The translations under genes were made by a program, and so were the position numbers. DNA of 24,796 nucleotides from a virus (Duplodnaviria; Caudoviricetes): positions 1 to 24,796 of the IMG/VR virus record IMGVR_UViG_3300010165_000005. The stretch is one strand, 5' to 3'. The number at the start of each line of letters is the position of its first letter. The stretch's first letter is position 1. This document shows positions 16,003 through 24,580 of this stretch, one piece after another. The notes below the pieces were generated by a model, which was not told where the DNA came from, did no database searches, and saw only the letters and a list, made by a program, of their open reading frames with translations.

Positions 16003-16593
16003 ATGCCTAAAATACACTTTACTTCAGATACTCATTTTAGTCAAGAACGTACATTCAAGTATTCTATGAGAAATATGTATTTTTCTAGTGTAGAAGAAAT
16101 GGATAGAGTTATGGTAGATAATTGGAACAGTGTGGTTTCTTCTGAAGATATAGTTTTCCATCTAGGAGATTTTGGCAGCTGGGATATGGTTAAATACTTA
16201 AATGGGTATATTACTTTACTAGAAGGAAATTATGAACGAGAAGGAAAGAATGGTACACTTACACCAGAAAATGAGAGATATTTTGCAAGTATTATGAGCA
16301 GTCCTTTTATTAAGCTAAGGACTGGAAGAATTGTTTTAGTACATGAGCCTCACCATATAGAAAACTTGGGAGGCAACATTTATCCGAATAACCCTGAATT
16401 CTATTTGTTTGGTCATATTCATGAAAAACAAAAAGTAAAACGTAATGGGTTAAATGTAGGGGTAGATGTTCATAACTTTACTCCGATTAGTTGGGATACA
16501 GTGAACTTTTACAGAGAAGCTGTTAAAAATATTTATGATGCTGACTGTTTTGAGAATTTTGAATTTGGGGGAGATTTATGGGAATCGATTTAA
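16003..16593 (+). CDS. calcineurin-like metallophosphoesterase (paralog of 6800-7399)
   Basis: SDTH, HLGD, GNYE (in place of GNHD), VHEP, FGHIH, NVGVD. Confidence 0.9.
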   Translation: MPKIHFTSDTHFSQERTFKYSMRNMYFSSVEEMDRVMVDNWNSVVSSEDIVFHLGDFGSWDMVKYLNGYITLLEGNYEREGKNGTLTPENERYFASIMSSPFIKLRTGRIVLVHEPHHIENLGGNIYPNNPEFYLFGHIHEKQKVKRNGLNVGVDVHNFTPISWDTVNFYREAVKNIYDADCFENFEFGGDLWESI

Positions 16594-16709
16594 TTTATTT
16601 TTGCCTAAAAGGTACATCTTAAATTTTGAGGTATTTTTAGATAAATGAGTGCTTAAAACTATTCATTAATAGGTTATACTTAATCTATAAAATAAAAGGA
16701 GGAAAAATA

Positions 16710-17225
16710 ATGGAGAGTAATTTTTTATTCTTTTGGGGTCATAGACCTAAAAATAATAATATTGTAGACAAAAGTTGTTTATCACAATGGTACGTAGCAC
16801 CTTTTGTGGTAGACGGCAAAGAATTTAAAACTTGTGAACATTGGATGATGTATCAAAAAGCTGTTTTGTTTAAAGATACCAAAAAGGCTAATAGTATTTT
16901 AAAAGCTGAGACGCCTAAAGAAGCTAAGAGATTGGGTAGAAGAGTAAAAAATTTTGAAGAAGATATTTGGGATAATAACAAGTATGCTATTGTTGTAAAA
17001 GGAAACGCCTATAAGTTTAACCAAAATAAAAAGCTAAAAAACTTTTTAGTTAACACAGGTCATCGAGAACTAGTCGAAGCTTCTCCATATGATACAATTT
17101 GGGGCATTGGACTAAAACAAGATGATCCTCGGGCTAAATATAAACAGCAATGGAAAGGGCAAAACTTGCTAGGTGAAGCTCTAATGGATGTTCGTAAATG
17201 GACTTTAGGAGGAAATCATGAGTAA
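16710..17225 (+). CDS. NADAR family protein (YbiA/DUF1768)
   Basis: LSQWY, EHWMMYQKA, AKRLGR, KFNQN, LVEASPYDTIWGIG, GQNLLGEALM. Confidence 0.95.
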   Translation: MESNFLFFWGHRPKNNNIVDKSCLSQWYVAPFVVDGKEFKTCEHWMMYQKAVLFKDTKKANSILKAETPKEAKRLGRRVKNFEEDIWDNNKYAIVVKGNAYKFNQNKKLKNFLVNTGHRELVEASPYDTIWGIGLKQDDPRAKYKQQWKGQNLLGEALMDVRKWTLGGNHE

Positions 17226-17686
17226 TTTCTATGGCTATGGGAATCCAGGAATGACAAGCAATAAACAAGACTGGGAAACACCTAAGTGGTTGTTTGATAA
17301 GTTAAATGAGAAATATAGTTTCACATGGGGTTTAGCTTCTTCTGTTAACAACGCAAAAAGTATAAATTACTTCACGGAAGGTGAAGACAGCTTGAATCAG
17401 GATTGGAGCTCTTTAAAAGGGAATCTATTTTTAAATCCACCTTACGGTCGTTCTTTGAAAAAGTGGGTAAAGAAAGCAAGTGAAACCTCTTTGGACGAAA
17501 ATCAAAAACTAGTTATGCTTATACCTGCTAGAACAGACACAAGTTACTGGCACGATTATATTTTTGATAAAGCAGAAATACATTTCTTAAGAGGAAGATT
17601 GAAGTTTGAAAAAAAATGGCGTACCAGGAAACTCGGCAACTTTTGGTTCTGCTATTGTTATCTACTCAGGCAGTAAAGAGAAATAA
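17218..17686 (+). pseudogene. phage DNA N6-adenine methyltransferase (Dam-family), frameshifted in an A8 run
   Basis: WETP, NPPY, LIPARTDT, RGRLKF; removing one A at 17609-17616 restores NGVPGNSATFGSAIVIY; the motif F-x-x-D reads FTWG. Confidence 0.85.
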
Positions 17687-17709
17687 ATAAAAATTTAAGG
17701 AGAAAAGGC

Positions 17710-18174
17710 ATGAAATCATATGAGGCATTGTATCTAACAGGAGAAATACTAGAGGAACTAATGGATGAAATAGAGGAATATAGAGAAGATGGTATAGATT
17801 TAGAATCTGGTATGGAAGAAAGAGCAAGGGCCCTAAGAGAAGTGTTGCAAATGGCTAAGAAGTTTGATGACAGAAATAGAGAAGAAGACAGGAACAGAGA
17901 TAGATTCATGTATACAGATAAGTATGGAACTACTATGAATCTTGAAGAAACTCAATCAGAAGAACTACTATCTAAGTTTATTCTAGGTAGCCAAGGTATT
18001 GAAATAAATCCAGCTCTCATTGGTTGCTTTGTAAATAGAGGATCAGGAGAACTGGAAGACGTAGAGGAAATGGTTGACCAAAGAGATTTTGAAACTCTAT
18101 ATGATGTCTTCAATGAGGAAAAAATAAAAGAATACATGTTTTACACCATAGTAAAAGATGAGGGGGACAAGTAA
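17710..18174 (+). CDS. acidic hypothetical protein
   Basis: AAGGAG RBS; open ORF. Confidence 0.75.
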   Translation: MKSYEALYLTGEILEELMDEIEEYREDGIDLESGMEERARALREVLQMAKKFDDRNREEDRNRDRFMYTDKYGTTMNLEETQSEELLSKFILGSQGIEINPALIGCFVNRGSGELEDVEEMVDQRDFETLYDVFNEEKIKEYMFYTIVKDEGDK

Positions 18175-18175
18175 A

Positions 18176-18323
18176 GTGTTAAGAGATGAATTTAAAGAAC
18201 TTAACGCAATGCCTAATCTGTGGACGAGAAGTTATTTTGTTTCAACTGCAGGTAATGTATCGAGTGAAACAATTAAACAATTAAACAATTAAACAATATG
18301 TAGAAAATCAAAGGAAGAGGTGA
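18176..18323 (+). pseudogene. tnpA: C-terminal fragment of a Y1 transposase with an 8-bp repeat expansion
   Basis: LRDEF..LWTRSYFVSTAGNVSSETIKQ then YVENQ in another frame; about 4 copies of AAACAATT at 18267-18297. Confidence 0.88.
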
Positions 18324-19405
18324 GAGAAGTGAGACAAGCCATGACAGTAAAAGTAAAACTTGAACCAAACAAAGCGCAATTGGAATTAATTAAGTCATCT
18401 TCACAAGCATATATTAATGCTATTAATACATTGGTAGACGAAATGGTTAAAGCACAGGCGCCCACTCAGAAAACAACTAAGCACATTGATGTACCTTTAA
18501 ATAGTAGCGTTAAAAATCAAGTGATTAGAGATGCTAAATCAGTGTTTAAGAAAGCTAAGAAGATTGAGTATAAAAAGGTACCCATTTTAAAGAAACCTAT
18601 TATTGTATGGAATAATCAAAACTATACGATTCATCATGCAAGCATAAAAGTGCCGTTTATTGTTGGTGGTAAGTCACAAAAAATTGAGATTAAAGCTCTC
18701 ATTTCAGACTATGAAAGAAACTTAATTGAATCAGCAAGCAAGTTAGGAACGTTGCGCATCACTCGAAAAGGCACTAAGTATGTAGCACAAATTGCCATTG
18801 AAACGGATGTGAAAGAACAAATAAATACAAAAGTAATGGGTATTGACTTAGGTATTAAGATACCTGCGGTGTGCTGTACAGATGAAAACAAAATAAAGTT
18901 TGTAGGTAATGGAAGAGAAAACAAATACATTAGACGAAAACACAATAGTAGGCGTAAGAAACTAGGTAAAGCCAAAAAATTAAAGGCTATCAAAAAGTCA
19001 CAGAATAAGGAACAACGTTGGATGAATGATAAAGACCACAAGATAAGTCGTGAAATAATCGACTTTGCTATTCAACACAATGTAGGAATAATTAGATTAG
19101 AGCAATTAGCGAATATTAGAAAACAGACAAGTAAAAGTCGTAAAAACAACCACTCATTAAGTAACTGGTCATTCTATAGATTGGCACAGTACATTGAGTA
19201 CAAAGCAAATTTAGTAGGTATTAAAGTAGAATATGTAGACCCTAAATACACAAGCCAACAATGTCCTAAATGTGCTGAAAGAAACAAAGCAAAAGATAGA
19301 CAGTACAAATGTTCTAACTGTGGTCACACAGACCATAGAGATATAGTCGGTGCTAAAAATATTATTCACGCACCTGTACTTGATGGTCATAGTCAAGTAG
19401 CCTAG
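18320..19405 (+). CDS. tnpB: RNA-guided endonuclease TnpB (second, divergent)
   Basis: RuvC GIDLG / RLEQL / HRDIVGAKNI; CPKC..CSNC Zn ribbon intact; start may be 18329 or 18341. Confidence 0.93.
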   Translation: MREVRQAMTVKVKLEPNKAQLELIKSSSQAYINAINTLVDEMVKAQAPTQKTTKHIDVPLNSSVKNQVIRDAKSVFKKAKKIEYKKVPILKKPIIVWNNQNYTIHHASIKVPFIVGGKSQKIEIKALISDYERNLIESASKLGTLRITRKGTKYVAQIAIETDVKEQINTKVMGIDLGIKIPAVCCTDENKIKFVGNGRENKYIRRKHNSRRKKLGKAKKLKAIKKSQNKEQRWMNDKDHKISREIIDFAIQHNVGIIRLEQLANIRKQTSKSRKNNHSLSNWSFYRLAQYIEYKANLVGIKVEYVDPKYTSQQCPKCAERNKAKDRQYKCSNCGHTDHRDIVGAKNIIHAPVLDGHSQVA

Positions 19406-19533
19406 TTAACTATAAGTTCTGAACTAGGATGGGGTATTGGCATACCCCTTATCTTTAGGCAAGTACAAACTAGAAATAGATGCGTACGGTTTTGTACTAA
19501 AGAATCCCATTGCTTTAGCTGTGGGAGTGTCAA
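19406..19533 (+). ncRNA. omegaRNA scaffold / right end of the second tnpB element
   Basis: Hairpins CCTAGTT/AACTAGG and GGGGTAT/ATACCCC plus the terminal hairpin; the 5' end probably overlaps the tnpB 3' end. Confidence 0.7.
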
Positions 19534-19623
19534 CTACAGGCTTGTGGGTATGATGTTAAAGTAGATTGGTACCCTGACAATCAATATATTCCTGAGGTAG
19601 AAATTAAAATTTATTGGGGGTAG
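19534..19623 (+). pseudogene. orphan 3' fragment of the gene hit by the IS
   Basis: LQACGYDVKVDWYPDNQYIPEVEIKIYWG*, similar to the C-terminus of 5911-6222. Confidence 0.6.
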
Positions 19624-19630
19624 AATAAAA

Positions 19631-19747
19631 GTGAAGAAATTAAAACATAAAGTAGTGAATTGGCTTAAAGATAAGTTTACAGAGGATCCTGAAAAGATTA
19701 AAGAACAAATGATGAACGAAAATGTTTCTAAGACAGGAGAAGATTAG
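19631..19747 (+). CDS. small ORF (38 aa, MKKLKHKVVNWLKDKFTEDPEKIKEQM...)
   Basis: GGGGG RBS with GTG start; weakly resembles the N-terminus of 6243-6803. Confidence 0.45.
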   Translation: MKKLKHKVVNWLKDKFTEDPEKIKEQMMNENVSKTGED

Positions 19748-19749
19748 TA

Positions 19750-19986
19750 ATGTCAGATGACAATAAAACGAAGCTTATGATTGGTGGTAAGGTTGTAGCC
19801 CAGTGGGAAGCAAAAACTGGGGAAAACACTTGTACACCAAGTATTTATACAAGGAATGACTACTATAACGACATTGTAGAGCGTCATGAAATCGGAGATG
19901 GTCGGATTTCTAAAGAAGGGTTAGGAACAACAATTTTAGACTCCAGTATTCCGATTAGGTACAGGGAGGAAAAGAATGGGGATTGA
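19750..19986 (+). CDS. hypothetical protein
   Basis: AGGAG RBS; open ORF. Confidence 0.65.
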   Translation: MSDDNKTKLMIGGKVVAQWEAKTGENTCTPSIYTRNDYYNDIVERHEIGDGRISKEGLGTTILDSSIPIRYREEKNGD

Positions 19987-20281
19987 TTTAAGTAACTTCT
20001 TTCCAGAGGGGACATCTGAGGAAGAAATAAAAAAGTACCACGAAGAGTCTAAAGAAGATATTTTCCAGGTTATTAGAAAAACCATTGGACGTCATGTGCC
20101 TATTGATGTTCGAGTAAATAAAAATATGGAAGTTGTATTCTTCAACTTCTTATCTGATGAAGCACATTTTGATAAGGATCTTGACAACATAGAGAAATTG
20201 GATGAAATCCTCCATTATGTAACTTACTATGTACCGAGTATAAAAGAGGAGTATAGAGTTGTAGTAACTCTTCATGGATAG
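19976..20281 (+). CDS. hypothetical protein
   Basis: GGAGG RBS; open ORF. Confidence 0.75.
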   Translation: MGIDLSNFFPEGTSEEEIKKYHEESKEDIFQVIRKTIGRHVPIDVRVNKNMEVVFFNFLSDEAHFDKDLDNIEKLDEILHYVTYYVPSIKEEYRVVVTLHG

Positions 20282-20288
20282 ATAATTT

Positions 20289-20314
20289 TACCTCAAAATT
20301 TTGAGGTATTTTTA
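20289..20314 (+). terminator. intrinsic terminator
   Basis: TACCTCAA/TTGAGGTA palindrome followed by TTTTT. Confidence 0.75.
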
Positions 20315-20326
20315 TTCGAATGAATG

Positions 20327-20355
20327 TTGACAGAAATACAAAAATGAAGTAGAAT
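20327..20355 (+). promoter_or_regulatory. sigma-A-type promoter
   Basis: TTGACA-17-TAGAAT. Confidence 0.75.
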
Positions 20356-20384
20356 GAATATATCAAAAAAAGAGGAGTGGAACT

Positions 20385-20762
20385 ATGGATGAATTAAGCT
20401 TAATTATTGCAACAGTAGCAATGGAAGATGCAGAATTATTTAGAGACCGTAAAAACAAAGATGAACTAACGGTGTCTATGAAATTAATTGACTTTCCAAG
20501 GTTTGTATCCTATGTAAGAGATGATGTAAAAGAAAAGTCTTCTTATACATTTAGAGTTTCAGGAAACAAAGTATACTTTGGGTTAGAAGAAAATTTATTT
20601 GGAAAAGCAGACTTAAACAAAGTAGAAAACGAATATGATTGCTACCTAAATTTTAAAAAGGCTTATGATAAACTATAAAAGTCCTTGGATTCTTATGAAG
20701 AGATAAAAGAAGAAGTTGATTATTTAAAAGATAAACTTAAAAATCGGTTAGAGGTGGAGTAA
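20385..20762 (+). pseudogene. hypothetical gene with a probable premature TAA at 20676-20678
   Basis: After KAYDKL* the frame continues KSLDSYEEIKEEVDYLKDKLKNRLEVE* to the base just before the next ATG. Confidence 0.6.
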
Positions 20763-23012
20763 ATGAAAGTAATGTATGTAACCGTAGGTGCGCCAGGATC
20801 TGGTAAGACCCACTTGGTAGATAATTCAGCGCTAAAAGAACTAGATAATATCCACTCCGACCGAGTAAGAGACTTGGTTGAGGGGTTTACTACAAAAGCT
20901 ACCAATGAAACAGGGGAAACTTTTAAGACTCACGATACTCGATTTGAGAAAAAGACTTGGTCGATTATTTGGGATTTAATTGAGCAACGAATGCAGGAGG
21001 GTAAAACTTTCTGCTTTGACTCCACGTTCTTGTCTAAGAAAAGTTTCTCAACATTAAAGAAACTAAGAGAAAAATATGGTTATCGAGTGTATGTTTTAGA
21101 CTTTACAGAGATGCCAATCGGTACTCTTGTCAGAAATAACAAGAGTGAAGAAAGAAAAGAAAATCATGCTGTTGTACCTGACAATGTAGTCATAGATATG
21201 CATGAACGAGCAATGAACACTCACTTTCCTTCTTGGGTAAATGTCATTGATTGTTCTGATAAAGAAGAAGCAAAAGCAGAAATTAAAAACTCCCTTATGT
21301 GGTTACACTCAGACGTAAACGAATATAACCAAGTAAAAATCATTGGGGATATACATGGTTCTGCTTCTGTCTTAGAAGAAAATGTTCTAAATGATGTAGA
21401 CCCAAGTACACTTTACATTTTATTAGGAGACTACTTAGACCGAGGAACAGAGAACGCCCGAACCTTTAAGCTACTTTATGAGCATTTGAATGATTCGAAC
21501 TTTGTGTTCTTAAGAGGAAATCATGACAAGCACCTAGAACGCTTTGTCCAAGGTCGAGATGTCCCTAATAAAGGAACGAAAGAGGAAACTATTCCGGCTT
21601 TATTAGAAGCGGGTGTTACCAAAAAAGACATCAAACGATTTACTAAAAAATTGCAAGATGTTTATATGTTCGACTTCAGAGGGCAAACCTATGTATGTAC
21701 CCATGCAGGGTTAACCGAAGAGGACAGTATGAATTTAACTGATGATTTTGGGGTAGACATTGACCAGTCTAACTTTGTGGATGGTGTAGGAAAGTACGAC
21801 TTTGACGTTGACTATTGGTACAATGATATAGCTAGTTATTTTTCTAATTCTACTATTCAATTCCATGGGCATAGAAACGCTTTTGATGTGGATATCGATG
21901 AATATGAAACTATCTACAACCTAGAACAAAAGGTTGAACGTGGAGGTCACTTAGCTGTAGCGACAATTGATGATAGAGGAGTTCATACTCATCTGCATAA
22001 GAATGACAATTTTGACATCCGTTACTTAGAATCAGACTTATCTACAGATATTTCTAAACTGGATAACAAGGATATTAAGTCTATCCTTGACCATTCTACA
22101 AATGTTATCACTAAAGAAGTAGAAGATAACCTCTATGCAAATAACTTTACCCGAAAAGTATTTTCTAAAGGAAACTTTAACAACTTTTCTATTCAAGCTC
22201 GTGGACTATTTACGAATGACGAAGGGGATGTTAAAGCTCGTGGATTTAAAAAGTTCTTTAACTTGAACCAAGTATCTGAAACTGAAGAACAAGAAGTGTT
22301 GAAACATCCTTTACCAGCTAGAGTTTCTGAAAAAATAGATGGTTTTCTAGTTATCCTTACAGGAATTGATGGAGAACTTAAAGTATTGTCCAAAGGTGGA
22401 GATAAGAAATTTGGCAAAGAAGCTCGACGAATCCTTAAGAATAATGCTAGTAAAACAGAAGAAGAGCTAGCCTACTATTTGGAAAGTAACAATTTGTCCG
22501 TTACCTGTGAAGTTGTCTCTCACAAGGATTCTCATGTTATTGAGTACCCTGAGGAGAATATCTATGTACTAGATGCGATTTACAATGAGTACACAGAGGA
22601 CGCAAATTTTGAAGTAGCTAAAGAGTTTTCGACATATTCTGGATTAGCAATGCCTAGATACCAATATGTGGACAACAAAGAAGAACTTAAGTTATTTATT
22701 GAAAAGGAAAAGAATAACATGAGTCCTCATTTTGAAGGCTCAGTCCTTACTTTTGCTGATGGATTTCGAGTGAAGATTAAAACTCGTCACTACTTCCAGA
22801 TGAAGTTCCTTTTAAATGAGATTGGGAAGAAAAGAAAATTTTCTGATTATGTGTTTTATAATGGTAGAGATTACGTGTCTGAAAATGAAGCTTCCAAAAT
22901 AAATAAAATTCTTCAAAGAGTTCATTTTGGGGACGACTACAAGAAAACTAAAATGGGATTTGAAGATAATAAAGCTACAAAGGAAAGGTATGGTATAAAA
23001 GATGTTTGGTAA
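20763..23012 (+). CDS. trifunctional RNA-repair enzyme: polynucleotide kinase, metallophosphoesterase and RNA ligase (Pnkp/Rnl1-like)
   Basis: P-loop GAPGSGKT; GDIHG, LGDYLDRG, RGNHD, THAG, HGH; ligase KIDG, TCEVV, EGSV, RVKIK. Confidence 0.92.
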   Translation: MKVMYVTVGAPGSGKTHLVDNSALKELDNIHSDRVRDLVEGFTTKATNETGETFKTHDTRFEKKTWSIIWDLIEQRMQEGKTFCFDSTFLSKKSFSTLKKLREKYGYRVYVLDFTEMPIGTLVRNNKSEERKENHAVVPDNVVIDMHERAMNTHFPSWVNVIDCSDKEEAKAEIKNSLMWLHSDVNEYNQVKIIGDIHGSASVLEENVLNDVDPSTLYILLGDYLDRGTENARTFKLLYEHLNDSNFVFLRGNHDKHLERFVQGRDVPNKGTKEETIPALLEAGVTKKDIKRFTKKLQDVYMFDFRGQTYVCTHAGLTEEDSMNLTDDFGVDIDQSNFVDGVGKYDFDVDYWYNDIASYFSNSTIQFHGHRNAFDVDIDEYETIYNLEQKVERGGHLAVATIDDRGVHTHLHKNDNFDIRYLESDLSTDISKLDNKDIKSILDHSTNVITKEVEDNLYANNFTRKVFSKGNFNNFSIQARGLFTNDEGDVKARGFKKFFNLNQVSETEEQEVLKHPLPARVSEKIDGFLVILTGIDGELKVLSKGGDKKFGKEARRILKNNASKTEEELAYYLESNNLSVTCEVVSHKDSHVIEYPEENIYVLDAIYNEYTEDANFEVAKEFSTYSGLAMPRYQYVDNKEELKLFIEKEKNNMSPHFEGSVLTFADGFRVKIKTRHYFQMKFLLNEIGKKRKFSDYVFYNGRDYVSENEASKINKILQRVHFGDDYKKTKMGFEDNKATKERYGIKDVW

Positions 23013-23256
23013 AAAAAACTACTAGGAAGTCTAAAAAACCTTACAAAAACCAGAAGGAATTTAAACCTGATGATAATATTGTATGGTCTGCCTCTCATTT
23101 GCATAATAAGCAAGATGAAGTAATTCAAAAAGCATTGTACACCCAAATGAAAGACTTTAAGAAAAAGGGTACAAAACATGGCTGTGGACTTCCGTTGAAG
23201 GATATCTAGTCATTGGATTTCAGTGGCGTAATGACAATAACAGATGGCGTACCTAA
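23006..23256 (+). pseudogene. small gene with a probable 1-nt deletion in the A5 run (23162-23166)
   Basis: Adding one A gives FKKKGYKTWLWTSVEGYLVIGFQW...RWRT*, ending just before the terminator. Confidence 0.5.
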
Positions 23257-23280
23257 GGAATACTAATAGAAACAAAACAT

Positions 23281-23325
23281 AAGGGTAGCCTTTTAATAAA
23301 AAATAGGGTAGCTACCCTTTTCTTT
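23281..23325 (+). terminator. intrinsic terminator
   Basis: AAGGGTAGC/GCTACCCTT inverted repeat followed by T-rich sequence. Confidence 0.65.
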
Positions 23326-23335
23326 CAACAAAGTG

Positions 23336-23364
23336 TTGACAAAAGCTTTTGGCTATAGTATACT
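23336..23364 (+). promoter_or_regulatory. sigma-A-type promoter
   Basis: TTGACA-17-TATACT. Confidence 0.8.
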
Positions 23365-23394
23365 TGTATTAAAGATAAAGAAAGGAAGGGATAA

Positions 23395-24063
23395 ATGATG
23401 GATAGGCAGGAATTAATAAAAAAATACGAAAAGCTGATACAGCAAAATGAACCGGAGCTAGAAGAATCAAAATTAGCAGAGTCTAGAAGCAAATTATATA
23501 ACAATATTTTAAGAGAACTTAAACGTATGGATGACGAAATCACCACAGAACAAGCGTGGAAGAAGATCGCTGAGAAATACGATAAAAGCATAGCTAACGT
23601 AGAAGCTGATTTTGAGGATTGGATAAACAGTGGGAGCACTCAAACGAAAGAAAAGCCAGAGATACCTAAGTTTGTGGCGGATTGGATAGAAGAAGTGAAG
23701 CAAAGAGGCTGCGGATTGGCGGATGCTTTGAATTGTTTTGTAAGTCCAATTATGCCTGAAAAAGTAAAACAATGGATACAGTTTGATTTTGCAGCTATTG
23801 GCTGTCATCACGATAATCAAGAATTACTAGCAAAAGCATGGCTAAACGGCTACACTATCGAAAAAGAACCTGTGTGGATAGTTAAAGCACCTTATGACCG
23901 CTATTTTGGTGGGTTTTTAGAAAAAGGAAATCATGCAGAAATTAATTTTAGCCATATAAATAGAGTTAATGCACAAAGATTTGAAGATAAAGACAAAGCT
24001 CAGGCTGTCGCAACGCTGGTTGATGGCACGGTCGAGGAATGGAGTGAGAAAGATGAACAATAA
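23395..24063 (+). CDS. DUF1642-like phage protein
   Basis: KPEIPKFVADWIE...NQELLAKAWLNGYTIEKEP. Confidence 0.85.
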   Translation: MMDRQELIKKYEKLIQQNEPELEESKLAESRSKLYNNILRELKRMDDEITTEQAWKKIAEKYDKSIANVEADFEDWINSGSTQTKEKPEIPKFVADWIEEVKQRGCGLADALNCFVSPIMPEKVKQWIQFDFAAIGCHHDNQELLAKAWLNGYTIEKEPVWIVKAPYDRYFGGFLEKGNHAEINFSHINRVNAQRFEDKDKAQAVATLVDGTVEEWSEKDEQ

Positions 24064-24580
24064 TAGTTTAGAAAATGAAATATTGAATCTTCCAAAAGGA
24101 GCTTTTACTAATATTAATGGTACTTGTTATGTCAAATACGACAATGTTTTAGATGTTATAAACAATGCTTACGAACTTAAAAAACCAAGTATTCCCTCAG
24201 AGCTAGCCGAAATAATCGAAAACTTTAGAAAATTTGGTTGGGACGATGAATACATTATTAATGAAATTTATACAGATAAAGAAACAGATATGATAGATAG
24301 CGGTGTAGAAAGATGGATGAATCATAATAAAGGACTTCTTACAAAAGCTTTAGTTATTGGTTATACAATATTTAAACCAGTATGGGTAGTGAGAAGGAGC
24401 GGATTAACTTTAACTGAATTCGAATATAATTTTGAACGCGCTTTTGAGGATAAGAATATGTATGAATCAGAATTTACAAATTTATACTGTAGCGATAAAA
24501 ATCCTATATATTTTAAAGATAAAAAAGCAGCCGAATTTGCAGCGTATGTTACTAACGGAACGATAAAAGAATGGAGCTAG
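24053..24580 (+). CDS. second DUF1642-like protein
   Basis: Start reassigned to ATG 24053 (GGAG RBS); KPSIPSELAEIIE...LTKALVIGYTIFKPVW; similar C-terminus to the upstream gene. Confidence 0.75.
   Translation: MNNNSLENEILNLPKGAFTNINGTCYVKYDNVLDVINNAYELKKPSIPSELAEIIENFRKFGWDDEYIINEIYTDKETDMIDSGVERWMNHNKGLLTKALVIGYTIFKPVWVVRRSGLTLTEFEYNFERAFEDKNMYESEFTNLYCSDKNPIYFKDKKAAEFAAYVTNGTIKEWS

Larger units (their letters stand above)
18176..19533 (+). mobile_element. left-truncated IS200/IS605-family element
   Basis: tnpA 3' fragment, tnpB, and right-end GAAT-CCCATTGC/GCTGTGGGAG-TGTCAA; no left-end hairpin seen. Confidence 0.88.

Noticed and set aside
18267-18297. AAACAATT tandem repeat as operator or mini-array
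   Set aside because: Explained by slippage expansion within tnpA codons ETIKQY; no spacers.
6498-20678. TAA recoding or ochre suppression to explain in-frame stops
   Set aside because: Many normal genes here end in TAA and no suppressor anticodon is visible; point mutation is simpler.
1536-23820. Minus-strand ORFs overlapping plus-strand genes (e.g. 1536-1748, 6156-6503, 8175-8387, 14163-14402, 18709-19041, 23325-23639)
   Set aside because: Antisense shadows of well-supported genes, with F/S/L-rich composition and no recognisable motifs.
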